Shown one piece after another: positions 11,707 to 21,545 of a stretch of DNA of 64,000 nucleotides; the stretch's first letter is position 1; each line of letters starts with the position of its first letter. The notes under the pieces are model-generated. The model searched no databases, was not told where the DNA came from, and saw only the letters and a program-made list of their open reading frames with translations. This DNA is from Gemmatimonadales bacterium (GTDB taxonomy: Bacteria; Gemmatimonadota; Gemmatimonadetes; Gemmatimonadales; GWC2-71-9). Location of the stretch: the NCBI GenBank assembly GCA_038321865.1, contig JBBQFH010000002.1, forward strand, positions 1 to 64,000, read 5' to 3'. Position numbers and translations under genes: made by a program.

Positions 11707-12450
11707 GACAATTCAGCGCTTGGGCGTGTCATGGACCTGGTCCGCGATCTCCGTGTGCGGTGCCCCTGGGACCGGGTGCAGACCCGTGAGACGCTGCGTC
11801 CATACCTGGTCGAGGAAGTGCTGGAGCTCGACCAGGCGCTTGGCGCGGGGAACGCCTTGGCGATCGCCGACGAGCTTGGCGACCTGCTGCTCCATCTCGC
11901 GTGGCAACTGGTGCTGGCCGAGGAGCTGGGCGAGTCCACTCCCGACGAGCTGGCGGCGCGTGTCGCGGCGAAAATGCATCGCCGGCACCCGCAGCTGTTC
12001 GACCTCGGCCCCGCGGACCGGTGGGAGGCGCTCAAGCGCCGGGAACGGACCGGCGGGACTCTCGACGGCCTGCCGCCGACGCTGCCCGATCTGCTCATGG
12101 CGTTTCGGCTGCAGGAGCGTGCCGCGTCGATCGGATTCGACTGGCCCGACACGAGCGGACCGGCAGCGAAGGTGCGAGAAGAGCTGGCAGAGGTCGAAGC
12201 CGAGCTTCAGGCCGGCGCGGCGGGTGGCGGGCTGCAGGAAGAGATCGGCGATCTGCTCTTTGCGGCCGTCAATCTGGCGCGAAAGGCCGGTGTGCAGCCG
12301 GGCAGTGCACTGGAGCGCGCCAATCGGAAATTCCGGGTCCGGTTCGCCGCCGTCGAACGGCTCGCCGAAGCCAGGGGCATGGCGCTCGAGCGCAGCGATC
12401 TTGCCTCGATCGATCGGTTGTGGGAGGAAGTAAAGTCGGCCGACGGCTGA
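11701..12450 (+). CDS. mazG: Nucleoside triphosphate pyrophosphohydrolase MazG (two-domain)
   Basis: CPWDRVQT, EEVLE..DELGDLL, GFDWP, EELAEV..EEIGDLLF, NRKFRVRF. Confidence 0.93.
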   Translation: MQDNSALGRVMDLVRDLRVRCPWDRVQTRETLRPYLVEEVLELDQALGAGNALAIADELGDLLLHLAWQLVLAEELGESTPDELAARVAAKMHRRHPQLFDLGPADRWEALKRRERTGGTLDGLPPTLPDLLMAFRLQERAASIGFDWPDTSGPAAKVREELAEVEAELQAGAAGGGLQEEIGDLLFAAVNLARKAGVQPGSALERANRKFRVRFAAVERLAEARGMALERSDLASIDRLWEEVKSADG

Positions 12451-12480
12451 CCCGTGTCCGGTCGGCCGGTGACGGCCCCG

Positions 12481-13776
12481 TCAGGGGAACAGTCGGTGAA
12501 TCTGGCGGGGAAAAGCGATGGCCTCGCGAATGTGCGGCAGTCCGCAGATCCAGGCGACGGTGCGCTCGAGGCCGAGCCCGAAGCCGGAGTGTACGAACGT
12601 GCCGTACCGTCGCAGGTCGAGGTACCAGCGATAGGCCTCTGGATCGAGCCCCTGCTCCTCGATCCGCGCCAGCAGCCGATCATAGTCGTCCTCCCGCTGC
12701 GAGCCGCCGATGATCTCACCGTAGCCTTCGGGTGCCAGGCAGTCGTTCCCCAGAATCGTGCGCGGGTCCTCGGGGTTCTCCTTCATGTAGAACGCCTTGA
12801 CCGCCTTCGGATAGTTGTAGACGAAGACCGGACGGTCATACTGTTTGGCGAGCAGTGTTTCGTCGTCCCCTCCCAGATCGCTGCCCCAGCTGATGTCGGA
12901 GCCGAGGGCTTTGAGCCTGGCGACCGCGTCGGTGTAGGAGATTCGCGGAAACGGTGCCCGCACCTGCTCGAGCGTCGTGGTGTCACGCTCCAGCTCCTTC
13001 AGCTCCGCGGAGCGCCGCTCCACGGCGCGGCCGACGATGTAGCTGACAAACTCCTCCTGCAGCTGCATGTTGTCGTTCGAATCGTTGAACGCCACCTCCG
13101 GCTCGACCATCCAGAATTCCGTCAGGTGCCGGCGTGTCTTCGATTTCTCGGCCCGAAAGGTCGGACCGAAGCAGTAGATCTTGCCGAGGGCGGCGGCGGC
13201 GGCCTCGCCGTACAGCTGCCCCGTCTGGGCCAGATAGGCCTTCCCGAGGTCGAAGTAGTCCGTCGCGAACAGGTTGCCGGCGTCTTCGCCGATTGACTCT
13301 GTCAGGATCGGCGTGTCTACCAGCGTGAATCCCCGGTCGTAGAAGAAGTCACGAATCGCCTGCTCGACTTCGTGGCGCACCCGGGCGATCGCCACCTGGC
13401 GCCGGCTTCGGAGCCACAGGTGTCTATGCTCGAAGAGGTAGGACGTCCCATGTTCTTTGGGAGTGATGGGGAAATCGACACTGCGGCCGAGCAGGTCCAG
13501 ATCGGTCAGGGTCAGCTCGAATCCGCCGGGCGCCCTGGCGTCCTCGCGCACCAGGCCGGTGGCGGACACGCTCGCCTCCTGCGTCAGCGCGCCGAAGCGC
13601 TCCCAGACTGTGTCCGGAACTTCTTTCCGGGCCAGGACGCCCTGCACGATGCCGGAGCCGTCACGCAGCACGAGAAATGCGATCTTGCCGCTCGACCGGG
13701 TGGTCACCACCCAGCCCCGCAGGGTGACCTGCTGGCCCACGAATTCTCCGAGCCCGCTGATGCGTACCGCCGCCAT
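12481..13776 (-). CDS. asnS: Asparagine--tRNA ligase
   Basis: OB-fold RDGSG, RHLWLRS, YLAQTGQLY, FRAEKSKTRRHLTEFWM, GEIIGGSQRE, HSGFGLGLER. Confidence 0.96.
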   Translation of the reverse strand: MAAVRISGLGEFVGQQVTLRGWVVTTRSSGKIAFLVLRDGSGIVQGVLARKEVPDTVWERFGALTQEASVSATGLVREDARAPGGFELTLTDLDLLGRSVDFPITPKEHGTSYLFEHRHLWLRSRRQVAIARVRHEVEQAIRDFFYDRGFTLVDTPILTESIGEDAGNLFATDYFDLGKAYLAQTGQLYGEAAAAALGKIYCFGPTFRAEKSKTRRHLTEFWMVEPEVAFNDSNDNMQLQEEFVSYIVGRAVERRSAELKELERDTTTLEQVRAPFPRISYTDAVARLKALGSDISWGSDLGGDDETLLAKQYDRPVFVYNYPKAVKAFYMKENPEDPRTILGNDCLAPEGYGEIIGGSQREDDYDRLLARIEEQGLDPEAYRWYLDLRRYGTFVHSGFGLGLERTVAWICGLPHIREAIAFPRQIHRLFP

Positions 13777-13785
13777 GCGTAATCC

Positions 13786-14862
13786 GTGCTGAGAAGAAGC
13801 GTGCGTTGGGGAACGTTGAGTCTAGTGGCCCTCCTGGGGAGCGTCAACGCGGGCTGCGTCAATTTTCATCCGGGTCCGCTCGCCATCGCCGGCGACTCGG
13901 CCGGCGCCGCGCCGCGGCTGCTCTGGTCACTTCATGCCGGCCGCGCCATCGGCGAGCCTCTCGCCGCGGACGCCGGCACGTTGTACGCGGCCGGCGTCGA
14001 CCGGGTCGTTCGGGCGATCTCGCTCGACAGTGGCCGCGTCCGCTGGGGGTTCCGGCTCACGGGGATCGTCCTGGGTGGCGTGATACGGGCCGATTCGTCG
14101 GTATACGTGGCCTCGGTGCGGCCGGTGGGCAACGTGCTTGCCCTGAGCGCGGCGAGCGGCCGGAAGCTCTGGAGCAGAAATGTGGGCGAGGTCGCCGCCT
14201 CCGTCTCACTCGTCAACGGCCTGCTGCTGGTCCCGACGCGCAAAGGCGACCTGTTGGGGCTGACGACGCGGGATGGCGTCATCCAGTGGCGGCGACGCGT
14301 GGGGTACGTGCGGAGCGGCGCGGTGAGCGCGGCTGGCGCGGCCGTCATCTCCTCACTCGACTCGATGTTCCGCATTTCCACTGCCAATGGCAATGTGCTG
14401 CAGCGCCGGACGGTGCCCGGTGCCATGCTGGCGGAATGGCGTCAGGCCGGTGCGCTGCTGATCGGCGCGACGACCGACTCGCTGCTGATCGCCGTGCGGG
14501 CGGCCGACCTGACGACGGTCTGGCAGGCGCGCCTCGATGCGCCAGTGTTCTCCACCCCGGCCGTCGCAGGCGACACGGTCTACGTCGCGACCCGCATCGG
14601 CAGCGTCTATCGGGTGCTGCTTCCCGGCGGCGGGACCACGCGCATTGCCCACCTCAACTGGGCGCTGACCTCCGGGCCGGTGCTGGCCGATGGGCTGCTG
14701 CTGGTGGGCGGGGCGGACGGCACGCTGCGCGGCCTCGATCACTCCGGGGCCGAGCGGTGGCGGGTGGCCGCATGGCGCCCGATCGACGTGCCGCCGATCG
14801 CGCTCACCGCGGGATTCATCGTTGTCGGCGGCAACGGGGACTTTCACCGGTACGCGCCATGA
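13786..14862 (+). CDS. PQQ-like beta-propeller lipoprotein (BamB-like repeats)
   Basis: Lipobox-like VNAGC and repeated 'ALxxxxG.xxW' blades. Confidence 0.75.
   Translation: MLRRSVRWGTLSLVALLGSVNAGCVNFHPGPLAIAGDSAGAAPRLLWSLHAGRAIGEPLAADAGTLYAAGVDRVVRAISLDSGRVRWGFRLTGIVLGGVIRADSSVYVASVRPVGNVLALSAASGRKLWSRNVGEVAASVSLVNGLLLVPTRKGDLLGLTTRDGVIQWRRRVGYVRSGAVSAAGAAVISSLDSMFRISTANGNVLQRRTVPGAMLAEWRQAGALLIGATTDSLLIAVRAADLTTVWQARLDAPVFSTPAVAGDTVYVATRIGSVYRVLLPGGGTTRIAHLNWALTSGPVLADGLLLVGGADGTLRGLDHSGAERWRVAAWRPIDVPPIALTAGFIVVGGNGDFHRYAP
13819..13847 (-). promoter_or_regulatory. Putative sigma70 promoter of asnS, inside the divergent lipoprotein gene
   Basis: Minus strand TTGACG-17 nt-TAGACT, 42 nt upstream of the asnS ATG. 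Confidence 0.65.
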
Positions 14863-15329
14863 AACGCATGCTGAGTGTGCTCCTGCTGCTGACGCTCGCC
14901 GCCGGACCGGTGGCAGCGCAGAATGTGGCTGCTTCCCGAATCCCCCCGCTGGTCAAGTACGGCAAGTGGGCCATGCTCGCTGGGGCCATCGGACTCAATC
15001 TTGCCGCGCTCCATCAGAACCACCTCGCGAACGACATCTTCGCGCAGCTGCAGGACCGCTGCTCGCCCGCCGGCCACGCACTGTGCACCACCGATCCGTC
15101 GGGCCACTACGTCGACGGAGAGAGTGAGGCCATCTACCAGGCTTCGCTCCGGGCGGACGGTCGCGCCCGTACCTGGCTGATCACCGGCGAGACGGTGCTG
15201 CTCGGCTCCGCGGCGATGTTCGTCTGGGAGCTCGCCCGTCCCAAGGGTTCCACGAAGAACATTCCATTCACGCCACGCGTCAGCGCCACCGATGGCCGCA
15301 CCACCGTTGGCCTCGTCGTAGCGTTCTGA
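14859..15329 (+). CDS. Hypothetical exported/membrane protein (156 aa)
   Basis: ATGA overlap with the upstream gene, signal peptide MKRMLSVLLLLTLAAGPVAAQ, two hydrophobic segments and a Cys pair. Confidence 0.7.
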   Translation: MKRMLSVLLLLTLAAGPVAAQNVAASRIPPLVKYGKWAMLAGAIGLNLAALHQNHLANDIFAQLQDRCSPAGHALCTTDPSGHYVDGESEAIYQASLRADGRARTWLITGETVLLGSAAMFVWELARPKGSTKNIPFTPRVSATDGRTTVGLVVAF

Positions 15330-15341
15330 CCAAGCGGCTCG

Positions 15342-17432
15342 CTAGCCGACGCGGAAGAGTTCGGCCGCCCGCGGGAACCGGCTGAGCGCGCGGTCCCGCA
15401 GCCGCTGGTTCTCCGGCCGCCGGAGCGACGGGTCGGCCGCGATCACGCCCCCGGCAAGCTCCCGCGCCCGCGCGAGCAGGTCCTCGTCCCCCGGAAGCCG
15501 TGCGTGCCGCACCTCGAACCCGCCGGATTGCCGCGCACCGATGAGGTCACCCATGCCACGCTCCGCGAGATCGAGCTCGGCGATCCTAAAGCCGTCGTCC
15601 GTCGCCGCGAAGGCGTGCAGGCGGTCGGGAATCGGGTCCTCCGCCATCAGCACACAGTAGCTGTTTTCGGCGCCGCGGCCGACCCGACCGCGGAGCTGGT
15701 GCAGCTGCGCCAGGCCGAACCGCTCGGGGTGTTCGATGACCATCGTGGTGGCGTTGGGCACATCGATGCCGACTTCGATCACGGTGGTCGCGACCAGGAC
15801 GTCCACCTCACCCGCGCGGAACCGGCGCATCACGTCGTCCCGCTCGAGCGGCTTCAGCCGGCCGTGCACCAGGCCGACGCGAAGGGACGGCCAGCGACCC
15901 GCCAGCGCGGCGGCCATCGTGCTCGCCGCGCGGAGATCGGCCCGCTCCGATTCCTCGATCACCGGCAACACGACGTAGCTCTGCCGGCCGGCCGACGCCT
16001 CCTGCTCGATAAAGCCCATCACGCGTTCGCGCTGCGCCGGCACCCGGACGGCGGTCCTGATCGTGCCTCGGCCGGGCGGCCGCTCACGCAGCGTGGATAC
16101 GTCGAGGTCGCCATACAGCGTCAGGGCGAGTGACCGGGGAATCGGCGTCGCGGTCAGGAGCAGCACGTCCGGCGCCGTCCCCTTCCCGATCAGCGCGGCA
16201 CGCTGCTCGACGCCGAACCGGTGCTGCTCGTCGATCACCACGAGCCCGAGCCGCCGGAACGAGGTGCTTTCCTGCACCAGCGCGTGCGTGCCGATGACGA
16301 GGCGAGCGGCTCCGGCCGAAATCGCCTTCCGCGCCGCTTTCTTCTCCGCGGCCGTCTGGCGTCCCAGCAGGAGCTGGGGCTTCACGCCGAGCGGCGTGAG
16401 CATCCCGTCCAGGGTCGCGGCGTGCTGTTCGGCCAGGAGCTCGGTCGGCGCCATCAGCGCAGCCTGATAGTCGTTCTCCAGCGCGAGCAGCATGGCCTGC
16501 AGCGCAACCACCGTCTTGCCGGTGCCGACGTCTCCCATGAGCAGGCGATGCATGCGTTGCGGGGCGGTCATGTCACTCATGATCTCGCCGATCGCGCGCT
16601 CCTGGTCCGCGGTGAGCGACCATGGGAGGGAGCGCCGCAGTCGTTCGGTCAGGTCATGCTTCGCCTCGAAGCTGACGCCGCTGCGCTGCCGCTTGGCCAG
16701 CTCGCGGGCCCTCGTCAGGGTGAGCTGGAGATCGAACAGCTCGTCGAACGCGAGCCGGCGCCGGCCCAGCTCCGCCTCCGCGGCCGAGGTCGGACGGTGC
16801 ACCGCGACAAGCGCGGCGCGAAGCGACGGCAGGCCAAGCGAAAGGCGGAGCGGTTCGGGGAGAAGATCGGGGGCGAGCAGGATCAGCGCATCGAGATGCC
16901 GATCGATCAGCGCGCGGACCACCTTGTGGCTCAGGCCCTCGGTGGCGGGGTAGACCGGAAGTACCTTGCCGGCCGCGAGCGGGTCGGCGTCGGCCTCGTC
17001 GTCCGCGAGGACGATGTATTCGCGCGGGGCCATCTGGCGGCCGTGGTAGAACCGGACCGGACCGGCCACCAGCAGTGTCTGCCCCACGGCGATCGTGCGG
17101 TCGAGGAACGCCTGCCCGGGCCAGACGCATTCGAGCACGCCTGAGTCATCCCGGAGCACCGCGTGAAAGATCCGGAGCCCGCGGCGCGTCGGCAGCACGC
17201 CCTTGGCGACCACGCGGCCCACGCATGCGACCTCGGTCCCGACCTCCGCCTTCACCAGTGGCGTGACGCTCGAGGCGTCCACATAGCGGTGCGGCAGATG
17301 CCACAGCAGGTCCTGCGCGGTGCGGATGTCCAGGCGCGCGAGCGCCTCGGCCCGGCGCTCGCCGATCCCCTTCAGGAACTTGACTGGTGTATCGAGCCGG
17401 ACAGGCCCGGCGGCGGGAGTGCGAGAAGGCAC
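15342..17432 (-). CDS. recG: ATP-dependent DNA helicase RecG
   Basis: Wedge domain, GDVGTGKT, APTELLAEQH, DEQHRFG, TATPIPRSL, QLRGRVGRG. Confidence 0.97.
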   Translation of the reverse strand: MPSRTPAAGPVRLDTPVKFLKGIGERRAEALARLDIRTAQDLLWHLPHRYVDASSVTPLVKAEVGTEVACVGRVVAKGVLPTRRGLRIFHAVLRDDSGVLECVWPGQAFLDRTIAVGQTLLVAGPVRFYHGRQMAPREYIVLADDEADADPLAAGKVLPVYPATEGLSHKVVRALIDRHLDALILLAPDLLPEPLRLSLGLPSLRAALVAVHRPTSAAEAELGRRRLAFDELFDLQLTLTRARELAKRQRSGVSFEAKHDLTERLRRSLPWSLTADQERAIGEIMSDMTAPQRMHRLLMGDVGTGKTVVALQAMLLALENDYQAALMAPTELLAEQHAATLDGMLTPLGVKPQLLLGRQTAAEKKAARKAISAGAARLVIGTHALVQESTSFRRLGLVVIDEQHRFGVEQRAALIGKGTAPDVLLLTATPIPRSLALTLYGDLDVSTLRERPPGRGTIRTAVRVPAQRERVMGFIEQEASAGRQSYVVLPVIEESERADLRAASTMAAALAGRWPSLRVGLVHGRLKPLERDDVMRRFRAGEVDVLVATTVIEVGIDVPNATTMVIEHPERFGLAQLHQLRGRVGRGAENSYCVLMAEDPIPDRLHAFAATDDGFRIAELDLAERGMGDLIGARQSGGFEVRHARLPGDEDLLARARELAGGVIAADPSLRRPENQRLRDRALSRFPRAAELFRVG

Positions 17433-17440
17433 GCGGCGGG

Positions 17441-18364
17441 CTACCCTCCGATGACGAGATTCTCCGCGAAGCGCTGCGCATCGAACGGGATGAGATCATC
17501 GGGCTGCTCGCCGAGGCCCACGAACCGGATCGGCAAATCGAGCTCCCGGCGGAGTGCCGCCACCGCGCCGCCGCGGGCGCTGCCATCGAGCTTGGTGACG
17601 ATCAGGCCCGTCGGCCGGACCGCCTGGCTGAACAGCCGCCCCTGCTGCACTGCGTTCTGGCCGACGGTCCCGTCGAGCACCAGCAGCGTCTCGTGGGGTG
17701 CGCCGGGCAGCTTGCGGGAGATGACCCGCACGACCTTCGTGAGCTCCTCCATCAGACCTTCCTGCGTGTGGAGGCGACCGGCGGTGTCGATGATCACCGT
17801 GTCGGCGCCGCGCGAGAGCGCCGCGGCGATGGCGTCGAACGCGACCGCCGCCGGGTCACCACCGGGTGCGCCGGCGACGCATTCGAGCCCGAGTCGCTCC
17901 GCCCAGACCTGCAGCTGGGCGATAGCCCCCGCGCGGTAGGTGTCCGCCGCGGCCAGCAGGACCCGGCGGCCTTCGCGCTGCAGCCGCCAGCCCAGCTTGG
18001 CTACCGTCGTCGTCTTGCCAACCCCGTTGACGCCGACGACGAGCACGACGGTCGGTCCCGACGCCGCGCGGGCGATCGTTCCCGGGTCACCCGGGCTCGC
18101 CAGCATCGCCCCGAGGCGGTCGGCCAGCGCACGGCGAAGGTCGGCCTCGGTCGTGAGCCGGCCGGCCCGAACCTCGGCCTCGAGGGCCTCGGTCAGCTCG
18201 AAGCTCGTGCCCACCCCGAAGTCCGCTTCGATGAGCATCCGCTCCATCGCGGCGAGATCGTCGGCGTTCAGTCCGCGCACCAGCGCGGCGACGTCCGTCA
18301 TGGCCAGGCGCTTGATGCGCGTCCACAGTCCCTGCTTCGCCTGCTCGCCGACCCGGTTCGCCAT
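17441..18364 (-). CDS. ftsY: Signal recognition particle receptor FtsY (NG domain only)
   Basis: GVNGVGKTTT, DTYRAGA, DTAGRLH, TKLDGSARGG. Start set at ATG 18364. Confidence 0.95.
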   Translation of the reverse strand: MANRVGEQAKQGLWTRIKRLAMTDVAALVRGLNADDLAAMERMLIEADFGVGTSFELTEALEAEVRAGRLTTEADLRRALADRLGAMLASPGDPGTIARAASGPTVVLVVGVNGVGKTTTVAKLGWRLQREGRRVLLAAADTYRAGAIAQLQVWAERLGLECVAGAPGGDPAAVAFDAIAAALSRGADTVIIDTAGRLHTQEGLMEELTKVVRVISRKLPGAPHETLLVLDGTVGQNAVQQGRLFSQAVRPTGLIVTKLDGSARGGAVAALRRELDLPIRFVGLGEQPDDLIPFDAQRFAENLVIGG

Positions 18365-18413
18365 TCGATCCTTCTTGAGATAACAGGGGCGGCCGTGCCG
18401 CCACCGCACGATT

Positions 18414-20216
18414 CTACCGCAGTCCGAGCCGTCTCCGCGCCAGCCACTCGGCCGACAGCGCCAGCACCGCGAGCCCGAACAGCCAGATCCAGTCACGCGC
18501 GGAGCTGCGCGTCGGGGCGCGAATCGGCCTGGCTTCGTGCGCCGTGAGCGTGACGGGGCGTGGCAGCCATTCGTCGGAATACTCTTCGACCGCGACGGTG
18601 CCGCTGCCTCCATCGTCCAGGCGGTAACGGTACTCGCCTACCGGCAGCCACGCCACCGCGCGCCCCGAGCCATCGAAGCGAAGCGTATCGGTCCGGGTGT
18701 GTCCGGACCCCGTCAGCAAGACGGGCAGGTTTCGTGGATTTCCTCCGGCCACCCATTCGAAGGTCAGCGGACGGCCGTTCTGGACCACGGCGCGCATGGG
18801 ACGCGCCGACCCGCGCGCGCTGTCCGCTCCCGCCAGCAGCCAGCTGACCGTCGCCGCGGTCCAGGCTCGGTAGGACTGCTCGCTCGCGCCCCCGCGAAAG
18901 GCCCAGCGCCAGAGGCCGTCGGCCGCGACGGTCACCCGGCGGACGCGCCCGCCGTCATGCCCGACCACGATGGGCCGCTCCGCTCCGCGCCGGTTCTCCT
19001 GCGCCGTGAGCGCCACCCAGTCGCCCGGCGCAGGCTGGACGGGCGTGATGCGGGTGGCCGGGGCAAAGGAGTCGACCGGCTGTCCGAGAAACGCCCCGGC
19101 GACCGGCGAGGATGAGCCGGGGGAGACGTACCAATCGCCGGTGAGGAGAGTCTCGCCTCCCTCACCGCTGGGCCAGAACCAGAGCCCGCGCGCGCGGCTG
19201 CCGGTCGCGAATGCGCCGGCAGCGCCCTTCAGGACCAGCAGATCGGCCTGCGCCGCCGCCGCGCGAACCTCCGCCAGGGGAACGACGGCGAGATCCCGCA
19301 TCGAGCGCCAGCGATCGCCCTCCACGCGGACGTAGCCCCGCACGGGAAGCGCCGCGACGTCACGGATCGCCCGGTAGAGAAACCGGCCGTCCCAATCGCC
19401 CGGCGACGCCAGCACGACGATGCCGGGTGTGGTCGCGACCGTAACCAGGTGCACGCGGCTGTCGGTGCGCGGCTCGGCGTCGTTCGCCGCAACCAGGGCA
19501 ACGCGAAGGAGGTGGTCGCCCGCGGCGAGGCCGGCCGTGGGGACGGCGACGGGGACGGGTCGCCCATCGGCAGCGGAGACCCGACGTCGCGCCAACCGAC
19601 GTTCGCCCGTGGTCACTTCGAGCGTGACGCTGTCTGCGGCGGCGACCCCGAACCCGCGCACGCCGATGTCGAGGCGCAGTGAATCACCGGCAGTGATGCG
19701 TGCCGGCCCTTCGATGCTCACCACGGCGATATCGCGGCGCGGCGGGCGCGCAAGCAGGCGAACTCCAGCCCGGGCCAGGAGATCAGCGGGCAGGTCTGGC
19801 GCATCCTCGATCTCGCCGTCGGTCACGACGATCACCGGCCGTTCGGAGGCCGAGGCGGCAGCCAGCGCTGGCGTGAGGAGTGAGCGACCGCGGGAAGGCG
19901 TCGTGTCGGCGGGGTTCCGGTCGTCGCCGAAGATCCGTACGTCGCCGAGCCGAGTCGCCAGAGCGCGCGCATCGGCCCATGCAACTCCGCCGGCGGCCAT
20001 GCTGAGCGATCCGTCGAGCAGTACGAGGGGGCGGAGCATGACGGGCGCACGGGGACAGCTGACGTTGACCAGCAGCACGCCGAGCGCGGCCCAGGCGACC
20101 GCGCGGCACGCGAGCGGTAGCGCGCCCCGGCGCCCGAGGCGCTCGAGCACCAGATAGGTATAGGCGGCGAGCCCCGCCGCCGCGGCTGCAATGAGCAGCA
20201 CGACGACGAGGCTCAT
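18414..20216 (-). CDS. Hypothetical membrane protein with vWA/MIDAS-like motif and Ig-like domains
   Basis: Two N-terminal TM helices, LLDGSLSM (DxSxS) plus VVTDGE, and a C-terminal TM ending in EWLARRRLGLR. Confidence 0.65.
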   Translation of the reverse strand: MSLVVVLLIAAAAAGLAAYTYLVLERLGRRGALPLACRAVAWAALGVLLVNVSCPRAPVMLRPLVLLDGSLSMAAGGVAWADARALATRLGDVRIFGDDRNPADTTPSRGRSLLTPALAAASASERPVIVVTDGEIEDAPDLPADLLARAGVRLLARPPRRDIAVVSIEGPARITAGDSLRLDIGVRGFGVAAADSVTLEVTTGERRLARRRVSAADGRPVPVAVPTAGLAAGDHLLRVALVAANDAEPRTDSRVHLVTVATTPGIVVLASPGDWDGRFLYRAIRDVAALPVRGYVRVEGDRWRSMRDLAVVPLAEVRAAAAQADLLVLKGAAGAFATGSRARGLWFWPSGEGGETLLTGDWYVSPGSSSPVAGAFLGQPVDSFAPATRITPVQPAPGDWVALTAQENRRGAERPIVVGHDGGRVRRVTVAADGLWRWAFRGGASEQSYRAWTAATVSWLLAGADSARGSARPMRAVVQNGRPLTFEWVAGGNPRNLPVLLTGSGHTRTDTLRFDGSGRAVAWLPVGEYRYRLDDGGSGTVAVEEYSDEWLPRPVTLTAHEARPIRAPTRSSARDWIWLFGLAVLALSAEWLARRRLGLR

Positions 20217-20285
20217 ACAGCGGCGCGGTCTATTGCCGGGTAGATATCCACTGCCGGAAGGTACGGCTGCCCCGCGGGGCGTGTT

Positions 20286-21545
20286 TCAGCTGGCGCGTTG
20301 CGCGACCATGACGGGGGCGGGCCGGTACAGCAGTGCGTCGAGGCGAGCGCGCTCGGCATCGAAATGGCGGAGTTCGCTTCCAGTGAGCGGCGGGCCGTTG
20401 CCCAGATTGACGCGTCGCGAGTCCTGGGCGACGCCGTTCACGCGAAACTCGTAGTGCAGGTGCGGGCCGGTGGCGAGCCCGGTCGCCCCGACGTAGCCGA
20501 TCTGCTGGCCCTGGCGCACGTGCATGCCGGCACGGACCCCGGAGGCGAAGGCGCGAAGATGTCCGTACCGTGTGGTGATGCCGTTACGATGGCGGAGCTC
20601 GATCAGGTTGCCATAGCCGCCCGCTCGGCCCGCCCGGAGGACGACACCTTCTCCCGCCGCACGTACCGGGGTGCCCGGCGCCGCCGCGTAGTCGGTGCCT
20701 TCGTGCTTCCGCGTAATGCCGAGCACCGGATGAAAGCGGGATCGGGTGAAGGCTGAGGAAATTCTGCGAAACTCGAGCGGGGCTCGGAGGAAGGCGAGCT
20801 TCAGGGAATTGCCGCGAGCATCGTAGAAGCTCGAGCCGGCGCCGAATCGGAAGGCCGTAAGCTTCCGGCCGCCAACCGAGAGATCGCTCGCGAGGATGCG
20901 GCCGAAGCGGACGTCACCCTCCGCCGAGACCAGGCGCTCGAGGACCACCTGGAAGTGATCACCCGGCTGAATGTCCCGCGTAAAGTCCACCTGCCAGTCG
21001 TAGACATCCGCCAGGGCCCATGCCAGGCCGGTCCGCTCCGCTCCGGCGAGCAGGGAGTCCGGGACCTGCAGATCCAGTGCCTCATAGAGCGAGTTCTCGA
21101 TATTCCCTTCGATGCGGACGACGTCGGGCCGCCACTCGATCGGCTGCGCCACCGCGTCCCAGCCGTTTGCCACCCGGCTGAACAGCACCCGCTGTTCCGG
21201 GCTGGTCCGGACGGTGATCGCCTCGGGCGATGAATCCGCCGCCGCGTGACGGAAATTGAAGACCAGGCCTGCCCGCAACCGCCGCGGGTCGAACGAAAGC
21301 TTCCTGCTGAGCGTTGCCAGATCGAGACCGTCCACGCCGTGCCGCGCGAAGAGGGCCGAGACCGTCTCGCCCCGGTGGAGCGTATCGAGCGACTCGGTAT
21401 GGGAGGCCGGGACCAGAATCGCCGCCGGCAACGCGCGCGCCGTTGCGGGAACGCTGAGCCGTTGCCAGGGCCACCTGCCGCTCGCCGAGAAGTAGGCGGC
21501 GGCGCCGAAGACGAGGAGCGCCAGCGGAAGCCTGATCCGTCGCAT
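20286..21545 (-). CDS. M23-family peptidoglycan endopeptidase (MepM/Csd3-like)
   Basis: N-terminal TM, DFTRDIQPGD, HEGTD (HxxxD), YGHL, TGPHLHYE. TGATG overlap with the ftsZ stop. Confidence 0.92.
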   Translation of the reverse strand: MRRIRLPLALLVFGAAAYFSASGRWPWQRLSVPATARALPAAILVPASHTESLDTLHRGETVSALFARHGVDGLDLATLSRKLSFDPRRLRAGLVFNFRHAAADSSPEAITVRTSPEQRVLFSRVANGWDAVAQPIEWRPDVVRIEGNIENSLYEALDLQVPDSLLAGAERTGLAWALADVYDWQVDFTRDIQPGDHFQVVLERLVSAEGDVRFGRILASDLSVGGRKLTAFRFGAGSSFYDARGNSLKLAFLRAPLEFRRISSAFTRSRFHPVLGITRKHEGTDYAAAPGTPVRAAGEGVVLRAGRAGGYGNLIELRHRNGITTRYGHLRAFASGVRAGMHVRQGQQIGYVGATGLATGPHLHYEFRVNGVAQDSRRVNLGNGPPLTGSELRHFDAERARLDALLYRPAPVMVAQRAS

